A stretch of DNA of 63,973 nucleotides, the filler included, from Reticulomyxa filosa (Eukaryota > Protista > Foraminifera), in assembly GCA_000512085.1 (NCBI GenBank). It is 25 parts of 25 records of this genome, joined end to end, with 100 filler letters (N's around TTAATTAATTAA, not from the genome) between each part and the next. Parts side by side here need not be neighbours in the genome. Positions count along the whole stretch, not along the records: positions 51,135 to 52,294 come from ASPP01018992.1; positions 52,395 to 56,954 come from ASPP01019153.1; positions 57,055 to 60,175 come from ASPP01003221.1; positions 60,276 to 61,671 come from ASPP01019517.1; positions 61,772 to 62,873 come from ASPP01019545.1; positions 62,974 to 63,973 come from ASPP01043216.1; 19 more parts are not named here. The stretch is one strand, 5' to 3'. Shown here one piece after another: positions 51,035-63,973 of the stretch. Numbering within the stretch: position 1 is the first letter of the stretch; each line of letters starts with the position of its first letter. The position numbers and the translations under genes were made by a program. The notes under the pieces are model-generated. The model was not told where the DNA came from and searched no databases. It worked only from the letters and a program-made list of their open reading frames with translations.

Positions 51035-52394
51035 NNNNNNNNNNNNNNNNNNNNNNNNNNNNNNNNNNNNNNNNNNNNTTAATTAATTAANNNNNNNNNN
51101 NNNNNNNNNNNNNNNNNNNNNNNNNNNNNNNNNNTGAGTTCAATTTCTTAAATATGATCATATTATTCAATACAGATATTGCTGATTTAACACAATTTGA
51201 CAAGATGTAGGAGTAGTGAGATGACTAAGTGTAATACGAAAGGAAATTAAATTGACAAAAAATAACTTCAAAATGAATTAGAATCACAATATCAGGATAA
51301 CCATGTTTTAATCATTCATTTATATTAGTATTGAAATAACAACAAATGACGAATAAGTTTTTTTAATTTCGATTTTATTTGAAAAATTGTAAATTTCCAC
51401 AATTATAAAAAAGAATAATCTGGAATATGTTTTCAATATGACAAAAACAAATTTACTATTTTACTGTTTAACTAAATTTTTTAAAAAAGTTAATGTTTAT
51501 GAGATCGAATTTTTAAATATTGTAAATGAATTGTATATTCAAAGCATTAATTATTAATGTATCTGAAAAGATTTCAAACTATGGTGTCGTAAACTTTTAA
51601 AAGCAAGTTCCGATCTTCTTGCCTGCCTCAAGATATTTTTTTTTTTCTCATAATATAATCATGAGTGAAACACTTACAACTACTTCTGCCACATCAGTTA
51701 ACGACTGTAGTCTAAAGTAGTACACCTTCCTTTAGTGTCCAAATCGTCGATTTCTTCTCCAATCTATTCAAAGAGGTATTGTGGATATAATATTGATTTA
51801 TTTTTAGATTCAGAGCAAGCAAAATCATATTTATGTTCCATTTGTCACCGCGTCCGTCCGACAGTCCTGTGTTTTTCAAATAAAAACGTATAAATTCTTC
51901 TTTGCTCAAACTTTGAGTTTCCAATTTATTTAGTTAGTTTGTAAGTGTTTTAAAATGGATTGTATTCTGTGAAGTAGATGATAATGTTTGAAATTTCTTG
52001 AAATGTAAGTGTCTTTAAAAAAAAAGAAGCGAATAAGCAAAATTCGTAGTGCAAAAGCAATTAACTTCAAAAAAAATACTTTGCACCAAACAAATAATAA
52101 AATTATGATTATTTGAATGATTGTACTTTTAATCTTGTGACTCCCTCAAGATTGGGAACAAAATCGGAGATACAACCAGACTCGAAATCAGATACAAATG
52201 TGTCACTATAAAGTATAGTCATTGTAAAAAGAAAGATTTACTATATTTTTGTGTATGTTTGTAGCACTTAACTCCAAAGACAGCAATTTATTTTNNNNNN
52301 NNNNNNNNNNNNNNNNNNNNNNNNNNNNNNNNNNNNNNTTAATTAATTAANNNNNNNNNNNNNNNNNNNNNNNNNNNNNNNNNNNNNNNNNNNN

Positions 52395-52893
52395 CCCGAA
52401 TCGTCTCTCGGCTGGCCCATGTGGAAGCTAAAGTCTGTGTCGTTCCAAAAGTGTGGTTGTTGTGATGTACCCCTTTGATGAGGGGAGCGAGGGTCGTCTC
52501 CGCTACTGACGCCACTGTTGTTGCACTCCTGGTATTGGGGGTGTGAATGTACTTCGTGGAAATTAAAGTTCTCTTCTCCGCCAAAGCTGGTCCAAGTCTT
52601 GTTACTTGCACTTGCACTTGCACTTGCACTTGCATGTACGTCTGCATGTGCATGTGCATGTGCATGTGCGTGTGCATGTGCATTTTTCATTGGGACATCG
52701 TCGTTGGCTTCTGACAAGTAATGGAATGGCTCCTTCCAAGGGTAGTCCATTTCGTCTTCGTTGCTTTTGAATGCATTGCCCATTTGCTCAAACGTCGGTC
52801 CAAACTGTATGTTTGGATCATTGACATCAAATGACGACGATGACGACGATGACGACGATGATGTTCCGTTCGATCCCCAATTATTAATATTAA

Positions 52894-52926
<33 letters not shown>

Positions 52927-53434
52927 CATTCCCTTGCTTTGATGTGTCTGTTCTCATTTGTTCAGATGTTGCTTGCCAATGTGTTGTAAACACATCTTCA
53001 TTAGAATCACTTCTTTCAAATCCAAATGCTGCTGCTTCTCCTTCTTCTTCTTCTTCTTCTTCTTCTTCTTCAATTTTTTCAACCTCTTCTTCTTCCACTT
53101 GCTTGGGCTTTTTATGTTGATGCTCATGCTCGTCGGACTCGGCCCAATTTCTCTGCCTTCGTTTTTGTGCTGACTCAGCTTTTTGTGGGCCACTCCTTGT
53201 AGTGTCTTCAAAGTATCCCTTCATGTTGCTCCCTTTTACAATAGGCTCTTTCGGCGCTCGTTTCATCATGTCGTCAAATGACACTTCTCCAAACCTCATC
53301 TCCGGAAAATTACCGTTTCTATTACCATAGCAAGCGCTTGGACGAATACGCTTTTTCTTCTTTATATTAGAATCAACACGAGTTGAAGAAGACGCAAATT
53401 GATCAAAATGTTCTGAAACTGAAAAAAAATCCAT
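52395..53434 (-). CDS. N-terminus of a low-complexity uncharacterised protein (poly-E, poly-N, poly-S, HA and SA repeats)
   Basis: Open frame of about 350 codons running into the spacer. Confidence 0.55.
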
Positions 53435-54739
53435 TGCCCTTGTCCAAATATTTTACTTTTTTTAACAGACCGGATGAAGGATAAACACCCCTTCTTTTTT
53501 TTTTTTGTTTTTTTTGAGAAACCGAAAAGTTTCGTTTTTTTGTTGAATATGATCCAAAAATCACAGTTGAGTCTTTTTTTTTAATAAATGAGATCAGTGT
53601 AATACAAACTATTTTGCTATTTTAAACAAATTGTAATGAACACAAATTATTAAATAAAATTAAAAAAAGTAATGAGTGACTGGCTAAAAAAGTGAAGTGA
53701 CGAAGTTTTAGAAAAAAATATACTTTAAGCTATCTTGGAGTCTTTTGCCAATAGTAGAGATTATCCTACAGACAAATAAATTATATTATCTCAAAATAGA
53801 CAAATCTTCGTTTTTTTTTTTAATGAGGATAAAGGACGTCGCTACAAATAAGCGCGATAGATTACAAAAAGTTCATGAAAAATCGTTACTCAAATAAACA
53901 ATCGTTTTTTGTTCGCAATAAGGCACAGAATCAAATTTGTTAATTCTCAAATGTACAAATACAATGCGAAATATGCTCCGGCTATGAAAGACTATGTCTC
54001 AAAGCATACAAAAAATCAAGGACAATATTTGTTCTTTTTTGAACATTCGATAAGTTTTCATATAATGATATTGGAAATTAAGTAAAAACGACATAATCCA
54101 ATCAAGGAAATGTCATATCAATATTTGAAGGGAATGACATCAATTATTGATTTAACAAACTATTGACAAATATCATTTTTGCCTTTTTAACTTTTAATAG
54201 GGCACATTTAGCTGGTATGCACATATAAATACAAATTACTTAAGAAAATAATGAAGTGATATTTTAAATTTTTTGTAAACTAATATGCAAACCAGCAATA
54301 CAAAAGCCTAGTTTTCAAAAACTGCCAAAGATACAAGGATAAATTTAAATATTCTGAAAAACAGCAAAGAAAAATTGAAATTTACGATACAAATTTTTTT
54401 CTAAGTGTTTTTGTTTTGCTTTTTAACACCAAAGATCTACTTCTTTTGTACGTTTTGAAAGATTTTTAAGTCCAGTATTGAAAAATTTTATTATCTCTTT
54501 TTTGCTTTGCGCGATATAGATTAAGTGGAAAAACAAAGAAAATAGAAGTATTGCAAAAAGGGGACCGACTACATGTTGTAATTTTTGTTTAAGAAATTCG
54601 ATTCACTGAACAACTTCGTTATGCGATTTTTTGATTTTGTCCTTTTTTTTTTTTTTTTTGTATAAAGAATAAAGAATAAGCAATAAAAAATAATGAATTG
54701 ATTTTTTGAATAATAATAAAAAAAAACACATGTGTAAAT

Positions 54740-55787
54740 TTGATAGATTTGTTGCCCGCGGTAGTAAGATCTTCAATAATTTTTCTTTGTTGTTGTTTAG
54801 ACAAAGAAGAAGAAGAATGATGTGGCAAAATGATTTGTCCAGAAGCAATGACATCATCTTTGTGTTGATACCCTTTGAATTGTGACGGAGACCCTGTTTT
54901 GATGCGATGTTCACTGAACCTTTTCAAAGCAGGACCCTGTCTTTGAGTATCATATTTGCATTGATTTGCGAGTTTTCCGATTTTATTCTTTGTTCACTTT
55001 TCACACTCACATTTGTATTTGTATTTATACTCACATTGTTATGGTCCAAATGTTTGAGTGGAATGAATCAAAGGAATATTATTATTATTATTGTTTGATC
55101 GCATTCGAACATCTGTGACAGGATTACCAAAAATATATATGTCTTTGTGGTGGCAATGAATCGAAGTTGAAGCTGATGGCATTCCGTTTTGACAATCTCT
55201 GTCGAACACTTCCTCTTTCATTTTTTTGCTGTCATTGTCATTGTCATCGTCCATTTCCCATTGGCTTTGATTCGAATACTCCTCTTTCAATTTCATTGGT
55301 GTGTCTGCTTTGTAACTGTTGCGTCAGCTCATTGTCACCACCACCCTCATTTCCTACTATCCCTTCCTCTTCTTCAATTTCAATTAATTCCCATTCTTCA
55401 TGTGCCTTATTGTTCATTCGATGATACAACTCTTTCAATCAACTCTTTCTAATTTCAAAAAAAAAAAAAGGGGGATCACACTGTTACATTCATTTTTTAA
55501 ACAATAAAAACAAAACTGGAAGACTATGACATTGTGTGCAACGATCAAATATGGTAACATTGGTTGTCGTTGTTGTTTTGATCGTTGTCAAATATTATCA
55601 ACATTTGAGATATGTCATTGCATTTGAAATATAACTGCTTGTTAAATGTTTTCTGTGTTTCGATTATGCAAGGCAAGTCATGCAATATCCCCTTGTAGAC
55701 TTCGCCATCAAATTGTATATTAAATTCTCGTGTTTGTTGTATAGCACTGCTTGCACTTGTTGAAACTGGATCAAATATCATCGTCAA
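54740..55787 (-). CDS. TAF7: TFIID subunit 7 (TAFII55_N domain) fragment, disrupted downstream; possibly a pseudogene
   Basis: YKGILHDLPCIIETQKTFNKQLYFKCNDISQMLII matches the TAF7 LxDLPC..E..KT.D....YK..DI.QML signature. The 5' part is not found. Confidence 0.75.
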
Positions 55788-57708
55788 TTAAATGCAAGTT
55801 TAAAAATCACTTACAAAGATTGATAATATCGAAAATAAGAAGCTCAAAGTAACTGTCTGAATAATAGTCATGTCCCCAAAAACAAAAACAAAAAAAATTT
55901 GAAGGGAAAAGAATATGGTATGGAAGAATATCGCAAAAAATTTTATCGCGACATTGTCGATAAATAAAACGCAACCCGAATTTGAAACAGAAGAAGAGGT
56001 ACATGCACGGTGGCGTCGTCATCAAGTATCACAAGAGACTGTGTCTAAATGGAGAAACAGAGTCAAACATAATAGGTCTTTTTCCTCTTGGGAAGAAAAT
56101 TTTCAGGATCAATTCATGCAACAATACTCTACCGACTCTCTCAAATATAAATGTATCAAATGTTTTTTTTTCTCTTGTCTCTTGGTTGTTCAATCACTTT
56201 TTTTTGGGATTTTTTTTTTCTAATGTTAACAACAGTCATACCAAATCTAGTTTTAGTAGATTTATTCTCTCCAAAATAATATTCTTTTCTGCAATTGTGA
56301 TACTTTCATATTATCTCAACGTTATTTCAAAATAAATTCAAGAGAGAAATATTCTTGAAGATAACACATAATGAAACAAGCATTATAGCCGTAACTTTTT
56401 TTAAGTGTGCAAAAAAAAAAAGATTATAACAGCCGAATAGTTTTTTCAAATACTATTTCTATAAACTGTACAGACAAGTGAGGTTGCTATAACTTCATAA
56501 ATATCTGCAATGATGTCAAATTGTTTTGTGAAACAAGAAAACAAATACACTCGAAATGTCCCTTTTTCATGTGCAATAATCAAGTAACAAGTACAATAGA
56601 ATTTCTTTTATACGAAACATATAACACTTTTCTTAATTGACCAAGACCAAACTTGATAAAAAAACACAGATGCTTTTGTAATTGCTTCTACGTCCAAATT
56701 TGTGCGCATTGACTTCACCATTACTTGCTTCACTTTGCGTACAGCTCCATGACAGAAAAAAAAATAAAAAAAATGGAACTACGTTCCCCCTTGTCACTTG
56801 TTGATTTAATTGATTTTTGGATATATTTTTGATTTGACAAAAACAGATGAATAGCACAATAACTGACTTAACTAGTGAACATTTGATTAAAAAAAACATT
56901 TTTTGATTTATTTAAATAAAACTGGGTCATTTTTAAAAACAGGCTCAAAAAAAANNNNNNNNNNNNNNNNNNNNNNNNNNNNNNNNNNNNNNNNNNNNTT
57001 AATTAATTAANNNNNNNNNNNNNNNNNNNNNNNNNNNNNNNNNNNNNNNNNNNNGGCGTAACTGAGACCAGTTTGGTGAATTATGTTTGGAAAGTATGTA
57101 CTCAAAGTGGTTTATCAATGAAAGAAAGTATTTGGAAGGATGCAAATGGCTTGGAAGAGAACAAAAAATGCTTGTGAAACAACATGGTTGAATATTTAAT
57201 ATTTTTTTTTACTTGTGCAAATTTAATAAAGAAAATAAAATTTCACTATTCACAAAAATTGTAATAAATTAAAAAAATTTCATGGCAGAAAGTCATCAAT
57301 ATTAAATCTTTACTTAAAGATTTAGTTTAAAAAACATGCATATAATATTAATAAATAATTTATTATTTAACCTTTTTTATATTTGAAAATTCTAAATTTC
57401 ATGATTATAAAATAAAACCAAAAACAAAACCATATTCAAAAATAGCATGTTTAACAAATATTTCAATTTCATCTACTATATTTCATAATAATCCTGTCAA
57501 AATCATAAATCCAATTTTATTTTTTGAATTCTTCAAAAAATTTTGAACGCTGCTTTTTCAATTTTTTTAAACAACAAAGTAAGATAAACACATCTTTCAA
57601 TATTTATATTCAATCAAATCAAATAAGCTAAATATCATCTTACTTTTCTTTTAATCAAACTTTTCAAACAAAAACACTTTCATTTCTTATTTGACAAAAA
57701 GTAAATTA

Positions 57709-58020
57709 TCTCCAAATACGAACGGGACCATTGAATGAACCATAACACAAATTCAAATCATATTTGACATTATTTGTCTTATCTTTCTTTTTCAATACAA
57801 TAAATTAAAACAATTTTCCTTTATCTTCTTTTCATCTCCTTTGATCATATACAATTCATTCTTATTTGATCGAATATCCCAAAAGCGAATTGTATTATCC
57901 CATGCTCCAGAACATATCACATTTAAATTATCAATACTATCATTTATTACAAATGGTGAATATTCAACAGCACATACCCCATTTGTATGTGCATTGAACA
58001 CTTGGATCTGTTTACCAGAT
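57709..58020 (-). pseudogene. 3' fragment of a WD40 gene, inverted relative to its neighbour
   Basis: SGKQIQVFNAHTNG...CSGAWDNTIRFWDIRSNKNELY...LCYGSFNGPVRIW; paralogous to 59158-59473. Confidence 0.85.
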
Positions 58021-58097
58021 TTTTGAAAACCCCTTTCATCACCCTTGAAAAAAAAAAGTTCAATATCTCATCAAAAACATTCTAAAGAAAAAAACAA

Positions 58098-59473
58098 ATG
58101 ATAACTCTTAGCAATGAGAAACAAACTTCAACACAAATAGTATTAGTAAGCTTTATTACAAGTTTTCAGAAAATTTGTTATTTTTTTTGTTGTTTTATTT
58201 ATCATATGTAGTTGTGATTAAATAGTCTGAAGAAGAAAAGATTCAAGTAATCGTACAACATTGGATTCGAATATTGAAAATTAAATTAGGATGGATTCAT
58301 GAGTTTGACAAACTTGTTGTCAATTATGTTAGTCCATTTGTTCATTTTTTTTTTAAACACTAACAAAAATATTCAAATGTTTATTTAACATAGATATATA
58401 CTGTCTTCATGTTTGACATATTTCGTTCAGCATCTAAATTAATCAATACATTTGCTGGACATACAAACATTGTGCGGAGTATTGATTATTCAACATTTGA
58501 TAATTGTCAATTCATTTGTTCTGGATCATATGATAATACAGTTCGTGTATGTGATGTTGATAACAACAAACAAATTCAATCATCCAATGGATATTTATAT
58601 TCTGTGAGATTTGTGAAATTTTCATCATATCATTATCATAACCGTCGTCAAAATGTCATTTGTTTTTCATCAAATGACAATACCATTCGTTTTTGGGATT
58701 TCAAACATAATAAGCAATTACAAATATTCAATGAACACACTGATGGTGTTAATGGAATTGAATTTTCATCATTTAATGGTGATAGATATTTGTGTTCTGG
58801 ATCATTTGATAACACAATTCGTTTATGGGATGTTGAAACATCAAAATCATTACATGTTTTCAATGGACATAAATATAGTATTGAGTGTGTTGATATTTCA
58901 CCATTACAAAGCAATAACAAAAATAATAATAATAATAAAATGAATAATATTGGTGTGATTGGTGGAAATGGATATACAATTTGTTCTGGATCATCGGATA
59001 AAACCATTCGAATATTGGATATTGAAACAACCAAACAGTTCAATGTATTCAAAGGACATGACAATTATGTGATTAGTGTAAAATATGGATCAAATGAATT
59101 ATTAAATACAATATTATCTGGATCATCTGATAAAAGTGTTCGTCTGTAGGATATTCGATCTGGTAAACAAATTCAATTATTCTATAGACATACATCGCAA
59201 GTATGGTTTGTTGAATATTCACCATTTGTAATAAAGGATAGTATTGTTAATTCGAATGTGATATGTTCTGGATCAAATGATAATACAATTCGTTTTTGGG
59301 ATATTCGATCAAATAAGAATGAATTGTATATGATCAAAGGAGACGAAGAAGATAATGGAATAATTTGTCTTAAATTTATTGTATTGAAAAAGAAAGAGAA
59401 GAAAAAGAATGTCAAATATAATTTGAATTTGTGTTATGGTTCACGCAAAGGTCCCGTTCGTATTTGGGGGTAA
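58098..59473 (+). pseudogene. WD40-repeat gene, 3 exons, with N-terminal KIKLGWI module; premature TAG at 59147-59149 and a later frameshift
   Basis: Exon 1 MITLSNEKQTSTQIVL; exon 2 58226-58327; exon 3 has multiple GH..CSGS.D.T.R.WD repeats. The TAG sits at an expected Trp codon (SVRL*DIRS). Confidence 0.88.
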
Positions 59474-60275
59474 TTTACTTTTGTTGAAGTGTTTTTTTTT
59501 GAAAAGTTTGGTTAAGTTGATAATAAACTTGTTTGGTTTGATTGAATGTAAGCATTGAAAGTGTGTTTTATCTACTTTGTTGTTTAAAAAGATTTGAAAA
59601 TGCTTCATTCAATGTTTTTTAGAGACACAAACACGAAATCCTCATTTGTGGAAGTTGTAACAACAATAGTTGCTATTCTTATGGTTTTTTAGATTATTGG
59701 TGGCAGATGAACAAAATTGAATATTCAACAGTATACGCAATTTGTGTGTTCAGTGAATGTTTTAAGTAGTTGTCATTTTCAACTTTTTTGTGCATAAGGC
59801 CTTCTTTGATATAAAAGAAAAATGATTGAGTTTTTTTTTTATCAAGAATAACGAAATGTGTTTTCAAAAATATTTTAGTAATATGTAATTACATAAATTA
59901 TATGTTTTGATCAATTAACTTGAAATAGTTTAATTACTTTATTGTAAAAAGAAATTTGATTCACAAAGTGTGGATTGATATCTCTTTAGATTATTACATA
60001 ACTTGTAATTAGAAATCATTGCAAAGAGAATTTATCATCTAAACTAATGACAAAGTTTTTACTTTTAAACATAACATATGATAAAACTATATCCCTTTTT
60101 CAGTGTTTATTGAAAATTCCTTTATGTCATCTTACTTTTACGAAATACTAAATCTGAAATTAATTTATAATAAACNNNNNNNNNNNNNNNNNNNNNNNNN
60201 NNNNNNNNNNNNNNNNNNNTTAATTAATTAANNNNNNNNNNNNNNNNNNNNNNNNNNNNNNNNNNNNNNNNNNNN

Positions 60276-61496
60276 GGCCTGTGATTCTTGTAAATGCTGT
60301 GATCTCGATCTGGTTAGGAATTGGAACAATGTTTGCCATCTTCCATGATTTTGGCATGTATCTAATGGAATAACTCCAATCAAATAACAACACCAGAGAG
60401 TCGATCATACTCTGTCCACCTTGTGCCTTTGAGATGAAATGTGTCTCATTGCTTCAATCACTTCTTCTTCTGTGATTTCACCTTGATGCATCTCAAACAC
60501 ACCAGGATATTCACTCATTTCTGTTTCTCAATTGCTGATGCAATCACATCTTCCACATATTCATAATGTCCATCCATTTCTTCAGAATGATCTGGTGGTT
60601 TTGGAGGTTGAGCGAACCGTGACATCAATAATTCTGAATTCAGAATATTCAAATTGTTGTTTCTGTAGAAACTGCAAAACATGATCGATTTCTTTTGTCC
60701 TGGACAGCTAATCTCCACCCAACACGACTCGTATCCTGCGATCTGGAACTTGTCTTGCTGATTGTTGAAGGAATGTTGTTTGGCATGCAAATCTCGACGG
60801 CATAGGATACATTTCGCTCCAGAATTGATTGTACCAATCTGGAACCGTTGACCTTTGATTTCTTTGTTCTCCGACCTGAAACAATCCTGAAGGAGAAATG
60901 TGTGGTTGGACTGCGTGGAGATTCTGCTCCAGCAGTTGGGCTTTCGAGTAGAAGCCGCTGATGTTGTTTTGAAGAATTACGAGATCTTCATAATCAACAT
61001 CACTGGTTTGTTCTTCTTCTTCTTGTTGTTGTTCGTATTCTTGCTGATGCTTGAACAATCGCCGGCAAATGCTCGATAGTTTCTTGCAACTGAGCAATTT
61101 GAGCTCGAAGTTGTGAAACTTTGTCTTCATTTTCTTTTCTGATTTCTCTTGTTTCTTTGTTTTAATCGGTTTCTTGGACTTGTCGATCTTTGATGTTTCT
61201 TCATTCCTTTTTGTATTTTCTTTTTGTTGTTTTTCTGGTTTCTTTTCCCATGAATTCTGCGAATTGACTGGAGTTGATTTCTTTTCGTTATATATTTCAT
61301 TTTTATTTTCAATTTTCTTCTCTTTCTTCAATTTTAAAATTGATGTGGATGATTTCAATTGCTTTCCATCCACTGGTGTCGGAGAGAATCTTTTCGTTTT
61401 CCGTGATCCAGACGATAAATCCACTGATGCATATGCATTTTTTATATCAAAATCTTGGTCGTTCATTTCATTGTTTGGATTTGGCAACTCATTCAA
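60276..61496 (-). mobile_element. Degraded non-LTR retrotransposon (APE endonuclease plus start of RT region)
   Basis: LVILQNNISGF (APE N-terminal motif), ESCWVEI....IMFCSFYR, and LVLLFDWS....MPKSWKMANIVPIP...NHRP (pre-RT PxxWK.A...PIP..RP motif); frameshifts and deletions. Confidence 0.85.
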
Positions 61497-63973
61497 CGAA
61501 GAATTCTTGATTTTTTATTGTCCAATGATGTTCTGCTTTTATCACTGCTCAAAAATTTCGTCTGTGAAAATAAATTCTTAAATTGTGACATCCCAGAAAT
61601 TTCTTCAATCCAATTATTTTTCAATCAAATTCAAATAATTTCAATCATGAGGGTAGTAATAAAATACCAAGNNNNNNNNNNNNNNNNNNNNNNNNNNNNN
61701 NNNNNNNNNNNNNNNTTAATTAATTAANNNNNNNNNNNNNNNNNNNNNNNNNNNNNNNNNNNNNNNNNNNNTTCGAATCGTCGATCCAATTATTGACTGG
61801 CACGATGTTGTTTTTATAGCAAATGCGCAACAACATTAGCTTTTCCGTGCACATCAAATCAAACCGTGGAATATAGCATCAGCATCCAAATATTGGAACA
61901 ATTGACAAGTGAGTAAACGAGGACATGGACTGCGTTTTGTCGTCATCATTATAAACATCACTGGCGCCGCGCTTGACATTTATACCGAGAAAGAAGCTTC
62001 TATGAAGCGCACTATGAAATTAGTCCATGCAAGAGTGCGCAAAGCCGCCATTTGCAGGTGTGAAGTGGCTTACTCGACCGCCAGTGCGATTTGTTTATTT
62101 TCTGCAACGTCCGCGTCCTCTTATTGGTTGTTTTCTATTTCTTCTACCAATCTAGTTGATGTTGTTGCGATACCACAATATAAATATAGTATACATTTTG
62201 CGTGATATTATCAAATCTTTTTTTTTTCTTTTTTCTTGACAAGCTCGCCTCATAGCTGGACAGCACCAAGGTCTAGATCGTCGGCAATTGAACTGTGAGA
62301 ACTTTTTTCCAACTGTTTCAATACCATCATATAATTGATATTTTCTAAAATACCAAATTCATTCGCTATAGCCACCCTTGTAATGAGATTACACAATTTG
62401 GCCTTGGATAACTGTTGTTATTGGAAATTCTCGTATCCATTACCATACGTTCATTCAATAACTTTTGGATTGACGGCCAGATTATGTGAGGATATTGTTT
62501 GTATTTCCATTTTTTAGACGTATTCGTTCTTGTTCTTCTTTCTTGCTTTCTTGATTGACATCCAACACGTCGCCCGGAACAGTTCAGCAAAGATTACAGG
62601 CGCTCTTTCACAACAAACGCAAGGCACACATTATTCATTCTCTGACTCCGTCACAAGATTTATCTATCTATTCAACAATTATCAATGCTCAATGTCGCAT
62701 GCAAACTTACAATTCCTCCAACCAGCACGCGCATCATTCAACCTCCAAATTTGAGCATATACTCACGCAACTAGTTTCGATTGTTGTCTTGGGTTTACAA
62801 AATTGGCACCATTTCGATAACGACCGAGTTTCACTTGCTCGTTGGCATCGGTATATCGCAGTTGGACACAATCNNNNNNNNNNNNNNNNNNNNNNNNNNN
62901 NNNNNNNNNNNNNNNNNTTAATTAATTAANNNNNNNNNNNNNNNNNNNNNNNNNNNNNNNNNNNNNNNNNNNNTTTTTTTTTTTTTTACAAGAATAACGA
63001 AATGTATTGTCAAAAATATTTTGGTGATATGTAATTTGTTATTCCTTTATCTAAATAAAAAATGAAATCATGAAAATAATATTTGTTATTTGTATGAGTT
63101 CCGACAATTATTGTCCAATTATTGAGATTTCTTCATTGATACAAATATCTAATTCATTATTTTCACAATGTCTTTTATATTACAAAGGACATCACAATTT
63201 TTTTCATTTGACACATTGCTACTTGAAGCAATACTATTACCATTGCTATCGTTGCAGTTTTCACTTGGCTTTGAACTGACTCTGTTGATCTTGTATTCTT
63301 TCACTTTGCGCTGCACTTTTATTACTTTTTTTTTCAAACAACATCGACCGTCATCACTACTTGTTTTTTGTTTCTTTTTTTCTTCTTTTTCTTCCTTTTC
63401 ATTCTTCTTGTCTTTATTGTGTCGATGTTTCAGTGCATTACTGACCCATCAAATGCTTCCCTTTGAAAAGTGCTAACAAAAAAACCTTTGTAAAGTCTTT
63501 GAATGTGAATAGTGCAAAATCAAGGAGATTTCCATAGGGACGTGGAACTCGACGCAAATATAATATTGGAATTGCGGGTGATGTTGTACAATTGAGTGAC
63601 GTAATAGTGGGCAATTTGATATAGAAGAAAGAAAATAGTTTTTAAAATATTTTTGCTTAATTCGTTTGTTTTGAGTTGTTTTTTGAGTTTATTTTAAATT
63701 TTATTTGCAACTTGTTAGTGCTAATTCAATGCTAAAGTTTGTTGTTAAGAATTGCAGTTTACTATAATTTTTTTGTGGTGTATTTTAAGTATTTGAAAAA
63801 CTTATGTCCACTTGTGTTTGAATACAATCGTCTAGAACTATTGAGCATGTGATATATTTTAACAATACGTGTGATTTTCCTTTCAATAAAGATAAGCAAT
63901 TTTCTAAAAATAATTTGTTCAAAACTGATTATGTAAATTCATCACAATTTTTTTTTCAAAAGGTTTTCAACAA

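Noticed and set aside
50518-59149. In-frame TAG/TGA codons suggesting stop-codon reassignment
   Set aside because: They occur in copies that mostly also carry frameshifts or deletions, replace different expected residues (Trp, Arg), and are absent from the long conserved exons of CPSF1, G-beta and RNF213-like. Pseudogenisation explains them better.
1028-62973. Regularly recurring TTAATTAATTAA motif resembling a CRISPR or repeat array
   Set aside because: Always embedded in fixed N runs; it is an artificial six-frame-stop linker. ORFs ending in X...LIN are artefacts.

Overview
This window is not one locus. It is a pseudo-molecule of 25 unrelated short contigs joined by 24 identical 100-nt spacers (N44-TTAATTAATTAA-N44, stops in all six frames), so adjacency across a spacer means nothing. 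Contig 1 (1-1027) is high-GC, intron-less bacterial DNA: a histidine kinase / response regulator pair, probably a contaminant or associated bacterium. The other contigs are AT-rich, intron-containing eukaryotic DNA. Its expanded WD40 and Kelch families, many pseudogenes and homopolymer-rich introns fit a rhizarian such as the foraminiferan Reticulomyxa (inferred, not database-checked). Recognisable genes: CPSF1, G-protein beta, TraB-like, MPP-alpha, TMEM135-like, CAP, phosphonopyruvate decarboxylase, an RNF213-like AAA+ ATPase, MRT4, RPL27, an NDR kinase, TAF7, and a degraded LINE. Best leads: (1) a ~34-aa exon-encoded module placed N-terminally on a WD40 propeller and C-terminally on a Kelch propeller, a candidate F-box/SOCS-box-like adaptor; (2) an unannotated ~180-nt structured RNA with 5S-rRNA-like architecture and a Pol III terminator; (3) an aberrant tRNA-like cloverleaf with well-paired stems; (4) introns ending in poly-A instead of a polypyrimidine tract; (5) a TTAGGGC telomere-like repeat; (6) a palindromic mariner-type MITE; (7) an intron-containing phosphonate biosynthesis gene with a possible mitochondrial presequence.
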